Assembly (NCBI GenBank): GCA_016200545.1
Contig: JACQEO010000070.1
Location: 12,663-76,662, forward strand
Origin: Deltaproteobacteria bacterium
GTDB taxonomy: Bacteria > Desulfobacterota > Binatia > UTPRO1
Direction: 5' to 3'
Length of the DNA: 64,000 nt
Below, in pieces: positions 17,404 to 27,264 of this stretch. The translations under genes and the position numbers were made by a program. Under the pieces are notes generated by a model, which was given only the letters and a program-made list of their open reading frames with translations, searched no databases and was not told the origin of the DNA. Every line of letters begins with the position of its first letter. Within the stretch, counting starts at the first letter, position 1.

Positions 17404-18858
17404 ATGAGCGTCGCGGCTTCTCCGACTCTCTCGGGCGGGCGCGTGCTGCGGCCCGCGACGAGTGCGGGCGCGCTTTGGTCGCTCGTTGCGCTGGTGGCGC
17501 TCGGCGCGCTACTCGGCTTCGCGACCGTGCTCGGCTACGAGGCTACGGCGCTCGGCCTGATCGTCGTGGGCGCCGTCCTCGCTACCGTGGTCGTCCACCC
17601 CGCCATCGGCGTGCTCATGCTGATCGCGAACTTCCTGGTCGCGAGCTACCCGAGCCCGATTCGCGGCGAGGGACTGCTGACCATCAACAACATCCTCGGT
17701 ATCATCCTCGTGGTCTTGATGGTCGCGGAGCTCGCGCAACGACCGAATCTCTGGTTCTTGCGCGTTCGACAATTGCACGTGTTCCTGGCGATCGGCGTCG
17801 TCTTCATCATCTCGACGGTGGTCTCCGCCCACAACTTTCCGAACCTGCGGGTCACTTCGGGCAAGTGGCGTTTGCTCGATCAGACGATCCCGATGGCGCA
17901 GGATTTCATCACGCGTCTCGCCTTCTTCATCCTCACGTTGCAATTCCTCGCGCGGAAGCGTGATCTGAAACGCGCGATCACGGTCATGATGATGTGTCTG
18001 ATCATGGTCGTGCCCTCGGCGCTTCTAGGGTACGCCTCCGGCGGCGGTGAGTCGGGGGGCTATCGCGCCGCCGCGGAGTTTTCGGTAGGCACCAACTCGA
18101 ACCGGCTCGCGTTCCTGTGTCTGATCCAGATCGCGTTCTGGTGGTACTTCATGCGCACCGATCGCTCGCTGGGACGGACGGCGCTCGCTGCCGGCGTCAT
18201 CGCCAGCCTGATCTTCACCATCTTCTTGACCGCATCGCGTAGCGGCGTCATCGGCCTCGGAATTCTCTTCTACATGCTGACGAAGACGCGCGGTCGGGTG
18301 CGCGGCGGGCGATTGCAGGTGGTCGCGGTCGCGCTCGTCGCGATCGGGGTGCTGCTCACGGTGATCCCAGAGGAGAACCTCGAGCGCATCGAGAACATCA
18401 ATCCGTTCGCGACCGGGACGCACGACCAAGGCAGTCACTCGACCGAGCGTCGCATCGACACGATCGAGCTCGGCTGGCGCATCTTCCAAGACTACCCGTC
18501 GTTCGGGATCGGCCTCGGCAACTTCCGTGAAATCGCGCAGCAGGTCTATTTCGACCCCTTCTTGCGACCCCCGCACAACTCGTACGTGTGGTCGCTTTCG
18601 GAGGGCGGGATTTTCTGCCTGCTGTTCTACCTCTTGCTCTTTTGGTACACGTGGCGCGACGTCCAATGGTTGCAGGCGTCGCCGGCGGTGCCAAAGGATC
18701 TCGGCTGGATCGTCGCCGCGCTCCCGCCCTGTCTGGTCATGCTGCTCTTTTTCAGCGCGTTCGCGGACATCTGGCTGAGCCCGATCACCTACATCTTGAT
18801 CGGTCTGGTCGTGGCGCTGCGCCGCTACGTGAGCTGCCGTCGTGTCGTCCTCGTCTAA
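17404..18858 (+). CDS. O-antigen ligase / Wzy-like polytopic membrane protein
   Basis: 484 aa with about 10-12 TM segments. Wzy_C-like segment IFLTASRSGVIGLGILFYML and a periplasmic loop. Confidence 0.75.
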   Translation: MSVAASPTLSGGRVLRPATSAGALWSLVALVALGALLGFATVLGYEATALGLIVVGAVLATVVVHPAIGVLMLIANFLVASYPSPIRGEGLLTINNILGIILVVLMVAELAQRPNLWFLRVRQLHVFLAIGVVFIISTVVSAHNFPNLRVTSGKWRLLDQTIPMAQDFITRLAFFILTLQFLARKRDLKRAITVMMMCLIMVVPSALLGYASGGGESGGYRAAAEFSVGTNSNRLAFLCLIQIAFWWYFMRTDRSLGRTALAAGVIASLIFTIFLTASRSGVIGLGILFYMLTKTRGRVRGGRLQVVAVALVAIGVLLTVIPEENLERIENINPFATGTHDQGSHSTERRIDTIELGWRIFQDYPSFGIGLGNFREIAQQVYFDPFLRPPHNSYVWSLSEGGIFCLLFYLLLFWYTWRDVQWLQASPAVPKDLGWIVAALPPCLVMLLFFSAFADIWLSPITYILIGLVVALRRYVSCRRVVLV

Positions 18859-20020
18859 GGAGACGCCGCGGACGGTCGCGTTTTTCCCACCGCGGCTCGT
18901 CTCCGGAGGAACGCAGCGACACCTCCTCGAGGTACTGAAGTTCCTGGATCGTCGTCGCTTTCGACCGATCGTCATCAGCGCCAAGCGAGGTGGCGAGCTC
19001 CGACGGGCGATCGAGGCGTCCGGAGTCGAGTTGGTACGCCTCGATCTCGGTGAGCGAGTGGTGAGCGCCGACATGATCCGCTGCGTGCGCCAGACGGCAG
19101 CGCTCTTCCGGACGCGCAACGTCGAGGTGGTGCAGTGCTTTCAATGGAGACCGGCGCTGATCGGGATCGCCGCCGCCCGGCTCGCGCGCCGCGGCCGCGT
19201 CGTCGCCGGCCGCCGCAGCGCGCCGGTAGAGCGCGGCGTACGTGCGCTCCTCGAGGATTTAGTGGTGCGGCTCGCGGATCGCGTCGTGGTGAACGCGGAG
19301 ACGCTGCGGCCGCGCGGAGCGGCCGCGGCGCGCACGGAGGTGATTCCGAGCGGCGTCGACACGGAGCTGTTTCGTCCCCATCCCGAGATACGTGCGGAGG
19401 CGCGCGCACGTCTCGGTCTTTCGGCAGCGGATCGTGTCGTTGGAACCGTCGGGCGTCTCGAGACGCGCAAAGGGACGGCGGTGCTGCTCGAGGCGGCGGC
19501 GCGATTGCTGAAAAAAGGGCTTCCCGATCTGCAGGTTCTGGTGGTAGGAGATGGACCGCTCCGCGACGAGCTTCCCGCGCTCGCCGCACGGCTTGGCATC
19601 ATCGATCACGTCACCATGCTCGGCGACCGTTCGGACGTTCCACAGGTGTTGGCGGCGCTCGACGTCTTCGTACTCCCCTCGCGCACCGAGGGGATGTCGA
19701 ACGCGCTGTTGGAAGCGATGGCAACCGCGCTTCCCGTCGTCGCCACGGCGGTGGGCGGGAATCCCGAAGTAGTGTCCGCGGAGATGACCGGCGTGCTCGT
19801 GCCCCCCGACGACGTGATGGCAATGGCCGATGCGGTGATGCGTCTGGCGACGAGCCCGATTCTCGCCGCGCAGCTCGGCGCGGCGGCGCGTCGCACCGTC
19901 GAGGAGCGATACGGCGCGCGCGCGATGGTGCGCCGCCTGGAGGCGGTCTACGCCGCGGTCGCTGACGCGGCGCCGCTGGCCGTCGGATGCGCGGCCGCCG
20001 CGGCGGACGGCCGGGTATGA
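18842..20020 (+). CDS. Glycosyltransferase family 4
   Basis: VAFFPPRLVSGGTQRHLLE start. SRTEGMSNALLEAMATALPVVATAVGGNPEVV. Overlaps the previous gene by 17 nt. Confidence 0.85.
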   Translation: MSSSSKETPRTVAFFPPRLVSGGTQRHLLEVLKFLDRRRFRPIVISAKRGGELRRAIEASGVELVRLDLGERVVSADMIRCVRQTAALFRTRNVEVVQCFQWRPALIGIAAARLARRGRVVAGRRSAPVERGVRALLEDLVVRLADRVVVNAETLRPRGAAAARTEVIPSGVDTELFRPHPEIRAEARARLGLSAADRVVGTVGRLETRKGTAVLLEAAARLLKKGLPDLQVLVVGDGPLRDELPALAARLGIIDHVTMLGDRSDVPQVLAALDVFVLPSRTEGMSNALLEAMATALPVVATAVGGNPEVVSAEMTGVLVPPDDVMAMADAVMRLATSPILAAQLGAAARRTVEERYGARAMVRRLEAVYAAVADAAPLAVGCAAAAADGRV

Positions 20021-20054
20021 GGAGCCTGATGAGGAACCCGGAGTCGTGTCACTG

Positions 20055-21725
20055 ATGGCGTCGAATGCTCGCATGGTGGTGGTCGGCCTCGACGGCGCGA
20101 CCTTCCAACTCATCAAGCCGTGGGTCGAGGCGGGACAGCTGCCGACGTTCGCGCGCCTCCTCGCGCAGGGGGCACACGCCGATCTGCGCAGCACGCTGCC
20201 CGCGCTCACGCCCCCGGCTTGGACGTCTGCCGCCACCGGGAAGAACCCGGGCAAGCACAACATCTACAACTTCTACAAGGTGAGCGACGGCGGCACGGGC
20301 AAGTTGCCACTCACGCCCGCGGACCTGCGCAGCCGTCGCCTCTGGAACATCGCGAACGCATACGGCAAGCGTGCCGGCGTCGTGCACCTGCCGCTCACGT
20401 ATCCCTGTGAGCGCCTCGACGGCTTCGTCGTCTCCGGCATCATGACGCCGAAGGGCGTCGAAGACTACACGTTCCCGCTCGAGCTGCGCGACGAGTTGCG
20501 CGCGCACGTCGACGGCTACCGCTTCGACGTCGACGCCGACGCGCTCAAGATCGGCGATCTGCGCGCGTTCGCCGCCGACGCGTTCGAGCTGCAGCGCATC
20601 CAGACGGCGGAGACGCTCTACCTGCTCGAGCACAAGGAGTGGGATCTCCTCTGGGTGATGTTTCACACGCTCGACAAGGTGCAGCATTTCTTCTGGCATC
20701 TCATGGATCCGGCGCACCCGGCGTACCCAGGGGCGAGCGACCTCGGCGACACCATCCTGCGATTCCACCAGCTGCTCGACCAGACGCTCGCCGACATCCT
20801 CGCCAGGCTCGACGACGACACCGGCCTCTTGGTGATGTCCGATCACGGCTCGTGTCCCCTCGAGTCGTACTTCCTGGTCATGAACTGGCTCGAGGACACC
20901 GGGTTTCTCCGCATGAAGGGCGGGTCGCGTTCGCCGCTCCAACGGGCGCTCGGGGGAATGGGCCTGGAAGCGCGTGGCGTCGTGCAGACGCTGCGCCGTG
21001 CCGGACTCGGGTGGGTGCCGCGGCTCGTGCCGTCGCGCCTCAAGGCGCAGGTGCCGCTCGCGCGCGCCTCGTTCGCCCGCATCGCGCCGCACATCGACTG
21101 GGCGGGGACGCGCGTCTACTGCCCGTCGGCACCGGGCAGCGGCCTGCGCGTCAATCTGCGCGGACGCGAGGTGCAGGGCACGGTCGCGCCCGAGGAGTAC
21201 GACCGCGTCTGCGAGGAGGTGCGCATACGGCTGCTCGCGATCGTCGACCCGAAGACCGGCGGCCGCGTCGTGCGCGCCGTGCACCGTCGTGAAGAGATCT
21301 ACGCCGGTCCGCACGTCGACAACGCCCCCGACCTCCTCGTCGAGACGGCGGATCCGTACTGCCTCATTGAAGGCATGGGTCCGGCGGCGATCGTGCAAGC
21401 CGGACAGAACGACGGCGAGCGTACCGGCAATCACTTGCGCGAAGGGATTTTCCTGCTCGCGGGCGCCGGCGTCCGGCGCGGCGTCGCGCTTCCAACGCTC
21501 GACATCTGCGACGTCGCGCCGACACTGCTTCACCTGCTCGACCTCCCCGTTCAAGAGGACATGGACGGCGCCGTCGCGCAGGCGGCGCTGACGCCGCGGT
21601 TCCTCGCCTCGCGTCCCGTGCGCACCGACCAGCTACCGCCGCCGCCGCAGATCGCGGCCGTCGAGATGAGTGACCACGACCGCCAGGCGATCGAGGGTAT
21701 GCTCGAGGGACTCGGCTACCTGTGA
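20055..21725 (+). CDS. Alkaline-phosphatase-superfamily enzyme A1 (type I phosphodiesterase/nucleotide pyrophosphatase-like), LGYL tail
   Basis: MVVVGLDGATFQLI...LPALTPPAWTSAATGKNPGKHNIY and MSDHGS motifs. No signal peptide. Ends ...AIEGMLEGLGYL. Alternative starts are 20046 and 20073. Confidence 0.8.
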   Translation: MASNARMVVVGLDGATFQLIKPWVEAGQLPTFARLLAQGAHADLRSTLPALTPPAWTSAATGKNPGKHNIYNFYKVSDGGTGKLPLTPADLRSRRLWNIANAYGKRAGVVHLPLTYPCERLDGFVVSGIMTPKGVEDYTFPLELRDELRAHVDGYRFDVDADALKIGDLRAFAADAFELQRIQTAETLYLLEHKEWDLLWVMFHTLDKVQHFFWHLMDPAHPAYPGASDLGDTILRFHQLLDQTLADILARLDDDTGLLVMSDHGSCPLESYFLVMNWLEDTGFLRMKGGSRSPLQRALGGMGLEARGVVQTLRRAGLGWVPRLVPSRLKAQVPLARASFARIAPHIDWAGTRVYCPSAPGSGLRVNLRGREVQGTVAPEEYDRVCEEVRIRLLAIVDPKTGGRVVRAVHRREEIYAGPHVDNAPDLLVETADPYCLIEGMGPAAIVQAGQNDGERTGNHLREGIFLLAGAGVRRGVALPTLDICDVAPTLLHLLDLPVQEDMDGAVAQAALTPRFLASRPVRTDQLPPPPQIAAVEMSDHDRQAIEGMLEGLGYL

Positions 21726-22531
21726 GCGGCGCGCCCATCTTCGTGTACCACGACGTCGTCGCCGGTGCGGACGCGCTGGCGGCGGTTGCGCCGGTGCACC
21801 GACCCTACGTGCTGACGCGGGCGCAGTTCGTTTCGCACCTCGAGGCGCTCGCCGCTGCGGATCTCGGCGCCGCGGCGCCGTGCGCGAGCACCGTCAGCGA
21901 GTTGCTGGATGCGCCCGCCTCGGGACGCTTCGTGCTCTCGTTCGACGACGGACACGAGAGCAACTATTCCGAGGTCTTCCCGCTGCTCGCGGCGCGACGC
22001 TGGCCGGCGACGTTCTTCGTGGTCGCGAGCTGGGTCGGGACGCGCGCCGCACTCTCCTGGTCGCAGCTGCGCACCATGGCGGACGCCGGGATGGAGATCG
22101 GCAGCCACTCGCTGACGCACGCGTCGATTCAAGGATGCTCGCGTGCGGAGATCCGGCGCGAGTTCGGCGACTCGAAGCGTATCCTCGAGGACGGCCTCGG
22201 ACGCCCGGTCACCATCGCGTCGCTTCCCCGCGGCAGCACCGAGCCGAGTGCCGCGGCGGTCATCGCCGAGTTGGGCTATCGCGCGTTCTGTACGAGCGAG
22301 CCCGGCTTGGTCTCGACGACGACCAATCCGTTCGACGCACCGCGTATTGCCATAAGGTGGCGCACACCGGCAGCCTTCGTCACCCGCGTCCTTGGCGGTC
22401 ATCGTCTCACGCTCGCCAGACTCCGTTCGTCCTACGCCGTGAAGCAAGTGGGAAAGCGTATCGTCGGCGCCGAGCGTTGGCGGCGTGTGCGTGGGGCGAT
22501 GGTCGCGGGAACGGCGCGGACGGGACTGTGA
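21722..22531 (+). CDS. Polysaccharide deacetylase (NodB homology) D1
   Basis: GTG overlaps the upstream stop (GTGA). FVLSFDDGHESNY...ATFFVV...EIGSHSLTH. Confidence 0.85.
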   Translation: MSGAPIFVYHDVVAGADALAAVAPVHRPYVLTRAQFVSHLEALAAADLGAAAPCASTVSELLDAPASGRFVLSFDDGHESNYSEVFPLLAARRWPATFFVVASWVGTRAALSWSQLRTMADAGMEIGSHSLTHASIQGCSRAEIRREFGDSKRILEDGLGRPVTIASLPRGSTEPSAAAVIAELGYRAFCTSEPGLVSTTTNPFDAPRIAIRWRTPAAFVTRVLGGHRLTLARLRSSYAVKQVGKRIVGAERWRRVRGAMVAGTARTGL

Positions 22532-22559
22532 GCATGGACGTCGCACGGGAGAAGGCCCG

Positions 22560-24215
22560 ATGAAGGTCTTGGTGATCGGTCTCGACGGCATGACCTTCGA
22601 CGTCGCCCGCCCCCTGATGGACGCCGGCGAGATGGCGACGCTCGCCTCGCTCAAGCGTCGCGGCGTGAGCGCGACGTTGCAGTCGACGTATCCGCCGATC
22701 TCGGCGCCCGCATGGGTCACCTTCCTGACCGGCAACAACCCGGGCCGCCACGGGATCTACAACTTTCAGAACCTCGATCTGTCGCGCTACTCGAGCTTCA
22801 GCGAGAACCTCGTCAACTCGACGTATTTCCGCGGCAAGACGCTCCTCGATCATGCCGGCGCCGAAGGGAAGCGCATCCTCGCGTACCGTATCCCGCTCAC
22901 GTATCCCGCGTGGGCGATCAACGGGCTCCTCGTCTCCGGCCCGCCGACGCCCGACCGCAAGCGCGCCTACACCATGCCGGCCGATCATGCGAACGAGCTG
23001 CCGCCGATGACGTTGCTGTCACACGACGAGTTGGCGCGCGCCAAGCGGGCAGGGGACATCGCGGCGATCGATGCCTGCAACGCCTACGAGCTGAAGGTCA
23101 TGGATCAAATCACCCGGTGCGCGATCGACGACGGCACCGACGTGATCGTCACCTTCACCGGCATTCCCGACGGCCTGCATCACTCGTTCTGGCACCTCCA
23201 CGATCCCGCGTCGCCGTTCCATGATCCGGCGGCGTCGGCGCACGACAAGAACGTGATCCGGCGCTGGTACGTCGAGATCGACCGCATGATTGCCGGGTGG
23301 CTCGCGGGTCTCGGCGAGGAGTGGGCGGTGGTCGTCCTCTCCGATCACGGCGGCGGCCCGGCCCCGACGCGGTATCTGAACGTCAACCACGTGCTCGCCG
23401 AGCGAGGATACTTGAAGCCTACGAGCGCTTCACGCGCCCAGCTCGCGCGGCTGGTGAGCCGTCAGGTGAACGCGCTGCGACGCCGCATACCCGGCAAGGT
23501 GTGGCTGAAAAACCATCTGCCGGCGGTTCTCAGATCGCAGGTGCGCCAGCTGCGCAATGGCACAGGCCGGATCGAATGGGGTGCGACCCGCGCCTATGCG
23601 GTGCCGATCTTCTTTCCGGTGACGGGCATCAACCTGAACGTGCGCGGCCGTCAGCCACAGGGCATCGTCGAGCCAGGCGCGGAGTACGAGCGCGTGCGGG
23701 ACGAGATCATGACCATAGTCGCGGCGCTGCGTGATCCGACGACCGGCGCGGCACTCTGCCGTCGCGTGCTCCGCAAGGAAGAGGTGCTCGCGGGTCCCCA
23801 CCTCGACAACGTCCCCGACATCTTGCTCGTCACCCTCGAGGGCGTCGACGGCGGTCACGACGTCGACCGGCTGCTCGCCGCCGTGCCCGAGGCGACATTG
23901 CGCAACGTCAGCGGCTCGCACACGATGGAGGGCGTCTTCTTCGCGGCCGGCGCGCCGTTCCAGGTGGGACGGTGCCTCGAGGCCGTCGACCTGGGCGACA
24001 TCCTGCCGACGGTGCTCCATCTCGCGGGGGTCGCCATTCCCGACGACATCGACGGCGGCGTCCTCACCGAGGCGCTGGCGCCGGAGTACCTCGCCGCCCA
24101 CCCGGTGGCGACGACCAGCGCGCGCGCCGGTGGCGGTGGCGATGGCGACGCACTCTCGGCGGGCGAAGAGCACGAGATGCGGAAATTCCTCCAAGACCTT
24201 GGCTACATCGAGTAA
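22560..24215 (+). CDS. Alkaline-phosphatase-superfamily enzyme A2, LGYIE tail
   Basis: In-frame ATG 22560 (MKVLVIGLDGMTFDV). YPPISAPAWVTFLTGNNPGRHGIY and LSDHGG motifs. Ends ...EMRKFLQDLGYIE. Confidence 0.8.
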   Translation: MKVLVIGLDGMTFDVARPLMDAGEMATLASLKRRGVSATLQSTYPPISAPAWVTFLTGNNPGRHGIYNFQNLDLSRYSSFSENLVNSTYFRGKTLLDHAGAEGKRILAYRIPLTYPAWAINGLLVSGPPTPDRKRAYTMPADHANELPPMTLLSHDELARAKRAGDIAAIDACNAYELKVMDQITRCAIDDGTDVIVTFTGIPDGLHHSFWHLHDPASPFHDPAASAHDKNVIRRWYVEIDRMIAGWLAGLGEEWAVVVLSDHGGGPAPTRYLNVNHVLAERGYLKPTSASRAQLARLVSRQVNALRRRIPGKVWLKNHLPAVLRSQVRQLRNGTGRIEWGATRAYAVPIFFPVTGINLNVRGRQPQGIVEPGAEYERVRDEIMTIVAALRDPTTGAALCRRVLRKEEVLAGPHLDNVPDILLVTLEGVDGGHDVDRLLAAVPEATLRNVSGSHTMEGVFFAAGAPFQVGRCLEAVDLGDILPTVLHLAGVAIPDDIDGGVLTEALAPEYLAAHPVATTSARAGGGGDGDALSAGEEHEMRKFLQDLGYIE

Positions 24216-24218
24216 CGA

Positions 24219-25265
24219 ATGTCGTCCCGCGCCTTGAACCGTCTACGCGACGCCAGCAAAATCGCGGCGCACCATCTCGGAGTGCTCGCCGTCCTGCGAC
24301 GGCTGCGCCGCCGCGAGCGCAGTATCATCTTGCGCTACCACGCGGTCGCGTCCGACGAGACGCCGGTACCGACGTACGCGGGTCCCGAGATCACGATTCC
24401 GCGTGCGCTGTTCGCGGCCCAGATGCGCTTCCTTCGCCGCGCCTACACCCCGGTGCCGCTGGCGACGATCGCCGACGCGGTCGGCCGTGGCGAGGCGCCG
24501 CCGGCGGGCACGGTCGCGATCACGCTCGACGACGGCTACGCCGACAATTATCACCAGGCGTTCCCGGTTTTGCGGGCGCTCGGACTTCCGGCGACGGTCT
24601 ACGTCGTGACCGAGACGCTCGACGGCGGCGCGGCGTTGTGGATGGCCGAGCTGCGCGCCGTCATGATGGCGAGCCACGCAGCGATCTTGCGCGTCGAAAT
24701 CGGCGGCGGCTACGAGTTCCCGCTCGGCGACGACATGGAACGGCAACGGTCGCTCAAGGAGCTCACCAACGTGCTGGTGCCGGTCGACGCCGCCCTGCGC
24801 CGCCGCATCCTGGCGACGATCCGAAACGAGCTCGCAGCGAACGGCAACGCCGACGTATCGAACACCATGCTCAGCTCGATCCAGATCCGCGAGATGCATG
24901 CGGCCGGGATCACGATCGGGGCGCACACGCAGACCCACAGCAACATGACGCTCGTCTCCGCCGAACAGGCGCGGACCGAGATCGGCGGCTCGCGGGAGCG
25001 ACTCGAGGCGCTCCTCGGCGTTCCGGTGCGCGACTTCGCCTATCCCAACACTGGCGGGAGCTATCCACATTGCAACGAATCCGTCGCGGCGATCATCCGG
25101 CAGCTCGGTTTCCGCTCGGCGGTGACGTCGCGTCCCGGCATCATCGCCGCGACCAGCAATCCGTATCTCTTGCCGCGGATCGGCGTCGCCCCGCGTCTCT
25201 ATCGGGAAGCGGCGCTCGCGGTCGTCCTGGAGCGCTACCGGCTGTTCGGCGAGGCGTCCGCATGA
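24219..25265 (+). CDS. Polysaccharide deacetylase (NodB homology) D2
   Basis: VAITLDDGYADNY..ATVYVV..IGAHTQTHSNM. Starts 3 nt after the A2 stop. Confidence 0.85.
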   Translation: MSSRALNRLRDASKIAAHHLGVLAVLRRLRRRERSIILRYHAVASDETPVPTYAGPEITIPRALFAAQMRFLRRAYTPVPLATIADAVGRGEAPPAGTVAITLDDGYADNYHQAFPVLRALGLPATVYVVTETLDGGAALWMAELRAVMMASHAAILRVEIGGGYEFPLGDDMERQRSLKELTNVLVPVDAALRRRILATIRNELAANGNADVSNTMLSSIQIREMHAAGITIGAHTQTHSNMTLVSAEQARTEIGGSRERLEALLGVPVRDFAYPNTGGSYPHCNESVAAIIRQLGFRSAVTSRPGIIAATSNPYLLPRIGVAPRLYREAALAVVLERYRLFGEASA

Positions 25266-25290
25266 AGCGCGGGCCCGGGAGCGTCGGCTG

Positions 25291-27252
25291 ATGTGCGGCA
25301 TCGTCGGCGTATGGCGTGGCGCAGGCGGCGCCCCGGTTGCGGAGCAGACGCTGCGGCGGATGTGTGCCGCGATCGTGCACCGCGGGCCGGACGATGAAGG
25401 CGTGGTCGTCGACGGCGCGTTCGGGATGGGGATCCGGCGACTCAGCATCAACGACCTCGCCGGCGGCCACCAACCACTCGGCAACGAGGACGGCTCCGTA
25501 TTGGTGGTGTGCAACGGCGAGATCTACAACTCGCCCGCCCTGCGACGCGATCTCGAGGCGCGCGGCCATCACCTGCCCTCGCACTCCGACGTCGCGGTGA
25601 TCCCGCACCTCTACGAGGAGTGCGGCGAGGACTTCGTGGCGGAGCTCGACGGCATGTTCGCGCTCGCGCTCTGGGATCGCCGCCGACGTCGCCTCGTGCT
25701 GGCGCGTGATCGCCTCGGTATCAAGCCGCTCTACGTCGGCGAGCGCGGCGGCGCGGTCGGCTTTGCGTCGGAGGTGACGGCGCTGGTCGCGGACGGCTGG
25801 TGCGATGCGCTCGACTTCGCGAGCCTGCACCACTACCTGGCGCTCGGCTACGTCCCCGCACCCGGCAGCATCTTCGCCGGCGTCCGCAAGCTCGAGCCGG
25901 GTACGCAGCTCACGCTCGAGGAGGAACGCTCGCCGGTCACGCGCCGCTACTGGGAACTGCGGTTCGCGCCCGTCGCGGCGACCCGCAGCGACGACGACTA
26001 CGCTGACGAGGTGCTCACGACCCTGCGTGGGGCGGTGAAGAGCCACCTCCTCTCGGACGTGCCGGTCGGCGTGTTCCTCTCCGGGGGCGTCGACTCGAGC
26101 GGCCTCGTGGCACTCATGAGTGAGGTTGCCGGGCAGCGGATCCAAACCTTCTCGGTCGGCTTCGAGGAGAAGAGCTTCGACGAGCTCGACCTGGCGCGAG
26201 CAGTGGCGCGCCGATACGGGACCGATCATCACGAGATTGTCGTCCGCCCGGATGCGCTGCGGATCTTACCGGCGCTCGTGCATCACTTCGGCGAGCCATT
26301 TGCGGACTCATCGGCCGTGCCCGTCTACTACGTCTCCGAGCTTGCGCGTCGATCCGTGAAGGTCGTGCTCTCGGGCGAGGGGGGCGACGAGGTGTTCGGC
26401 GGCTACGAGACCTACCTCGCGGGGAAGTACGCGGCGCTGTATCGGCGTCTGCCGGACGTGATCGGCCACACCCTCATTCCGGCGCTGGTCGATCGCCTGC
26501 CGGTTTCACACGCACGCGTCAGCCTCGACTACAAGGCGAAACGCTTCGTACACGGTGCGCATCTGCCGCTTGCAGACGGGCACTTCTGGTGGAAGGTCGT
26601 GCTCTCGGAAGCGGTGCAATCCGACCTGTGCGTCGGCCCGGCGCGCAACGGCGCCCTCGAGACGCCGGGGCTCTTCCGTGCCGCCGCCGAGCGCGCCGGC
26701 AGCAACGACTGGCTCGCCCGCCTGCAGGCGATCGATACGCACGTGTACCTTCCGGACAACATTCTCACCAAAGCGGACCGCATGAGCATGGCGCATTCGC
26801 TCGAGGCGCGCGTACCGTATCTCGACCGCGCGCTGGTGGAGCTGGCCGCTCGCCTCCCGAGCAGTCTCAAGCTTCGCGGCTTCACGAAAAAGTACGTCTT
26901 AAAGCACGCGCTCCGCCGTCACGTGCCCGCCGAGATCCTGCGCGCCAAGAAGCGCGGCTTCAACGTTCCGGTGGCGTCGTGGCTGCGCGGCGAGCTGCGC
27001 GACATGCTTCACGACGTGCTCGCACCCGCGGCCCTGCGGCGGATGGGGCTCTTCGAGCCGGGGTACGTTCAACGATTGATCGAGGAGCACGTCGGCATGC
27101 GGTCGGATCACAGCCGGCCCCTCTGGACCTTGCTCGTGTTCACGATTTGGCACGAGGAGTGGCGGCAGAGGCGCGCGACGGTCGAGCGCACTCCGTCCCC
27201 CTCACTTGCCCCGACTTGCTCGCCGTCGTCATCGGCGGGCCTTCGCACTTGA
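25291..27252 (+). CDS. asnB: Asparagine synthetase family amidotransferase, copy 2
   Basis: MCGIVGVW N-terminus, SGGVDSS PP-loop, LPDNILTKADRMSMAHSLEARVPYLD. Confidence 0.9.
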   Translation: MCGIVGVWRGAGGAPVAEQTLRRMCAAIVHRGPDDEGVVVDGAFGMGIRRLSINDLAGGHQPLGNEDGSVLVVCNGEIYNSPALRRDLEARGHHLPSHSDVAVIPHLYEECGEDFVAELDGMFALALWDRRRRRLVLARDRLGIKPLYVGERGGAVGFASEVTALVADGWCDALDFASLHHYLALGYVPAPGSIFAGVRKLEPGTQLTLEEERSPVTRRYWELRFAPVAATRSDDDYADEVLTTLRGAVKSHLLSDVPVGVFLSGGVDSSGLVALMSEVAGQRIQTFSVGFEEKSFDELDLARAVARRYGTDHHEIVVRPDALRILPALVHHFGEPFADSSAVPVYYVSELARRSVKVVLSGEGGDEVFGGYETYLAGKYAALYRRLPDVIGHTLIPALVDRLPVSHARVSLDYKAKRFVHGAHLPLADGHFWWKVVLSEAVQSDLCVGPARNGALETPGLFRAAAERAGSNDWLARLQAIDTHVYLPDNILTKADRMSMAHSLEARVPYLDRALVELAARLPSSLKLRGFTKKYVLKHALRRHVPAEILRAKKRGFNVPVASWLRGELRDMLHDVLAPAALRRMGLFEPGYVQRLIEEHVGMRSDHSRPLWTLLVFTIWHEEWRQRRATVERTPSPSLAPTCSPSSSAGLRT

Positions 27253-27264
27253 CCTGAGGCCACC

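Noticed and set aside
17404-18858. Possibility that this polytopic protein is the missing exosortase
   Set aside because: It has a Wzy_C/O-antigen-ligase-like segment (TASRSGVIG) and lacks the conserved exosortase Cys-containing motif. I keep it as ligase/polymerase-like pending an HMM search.
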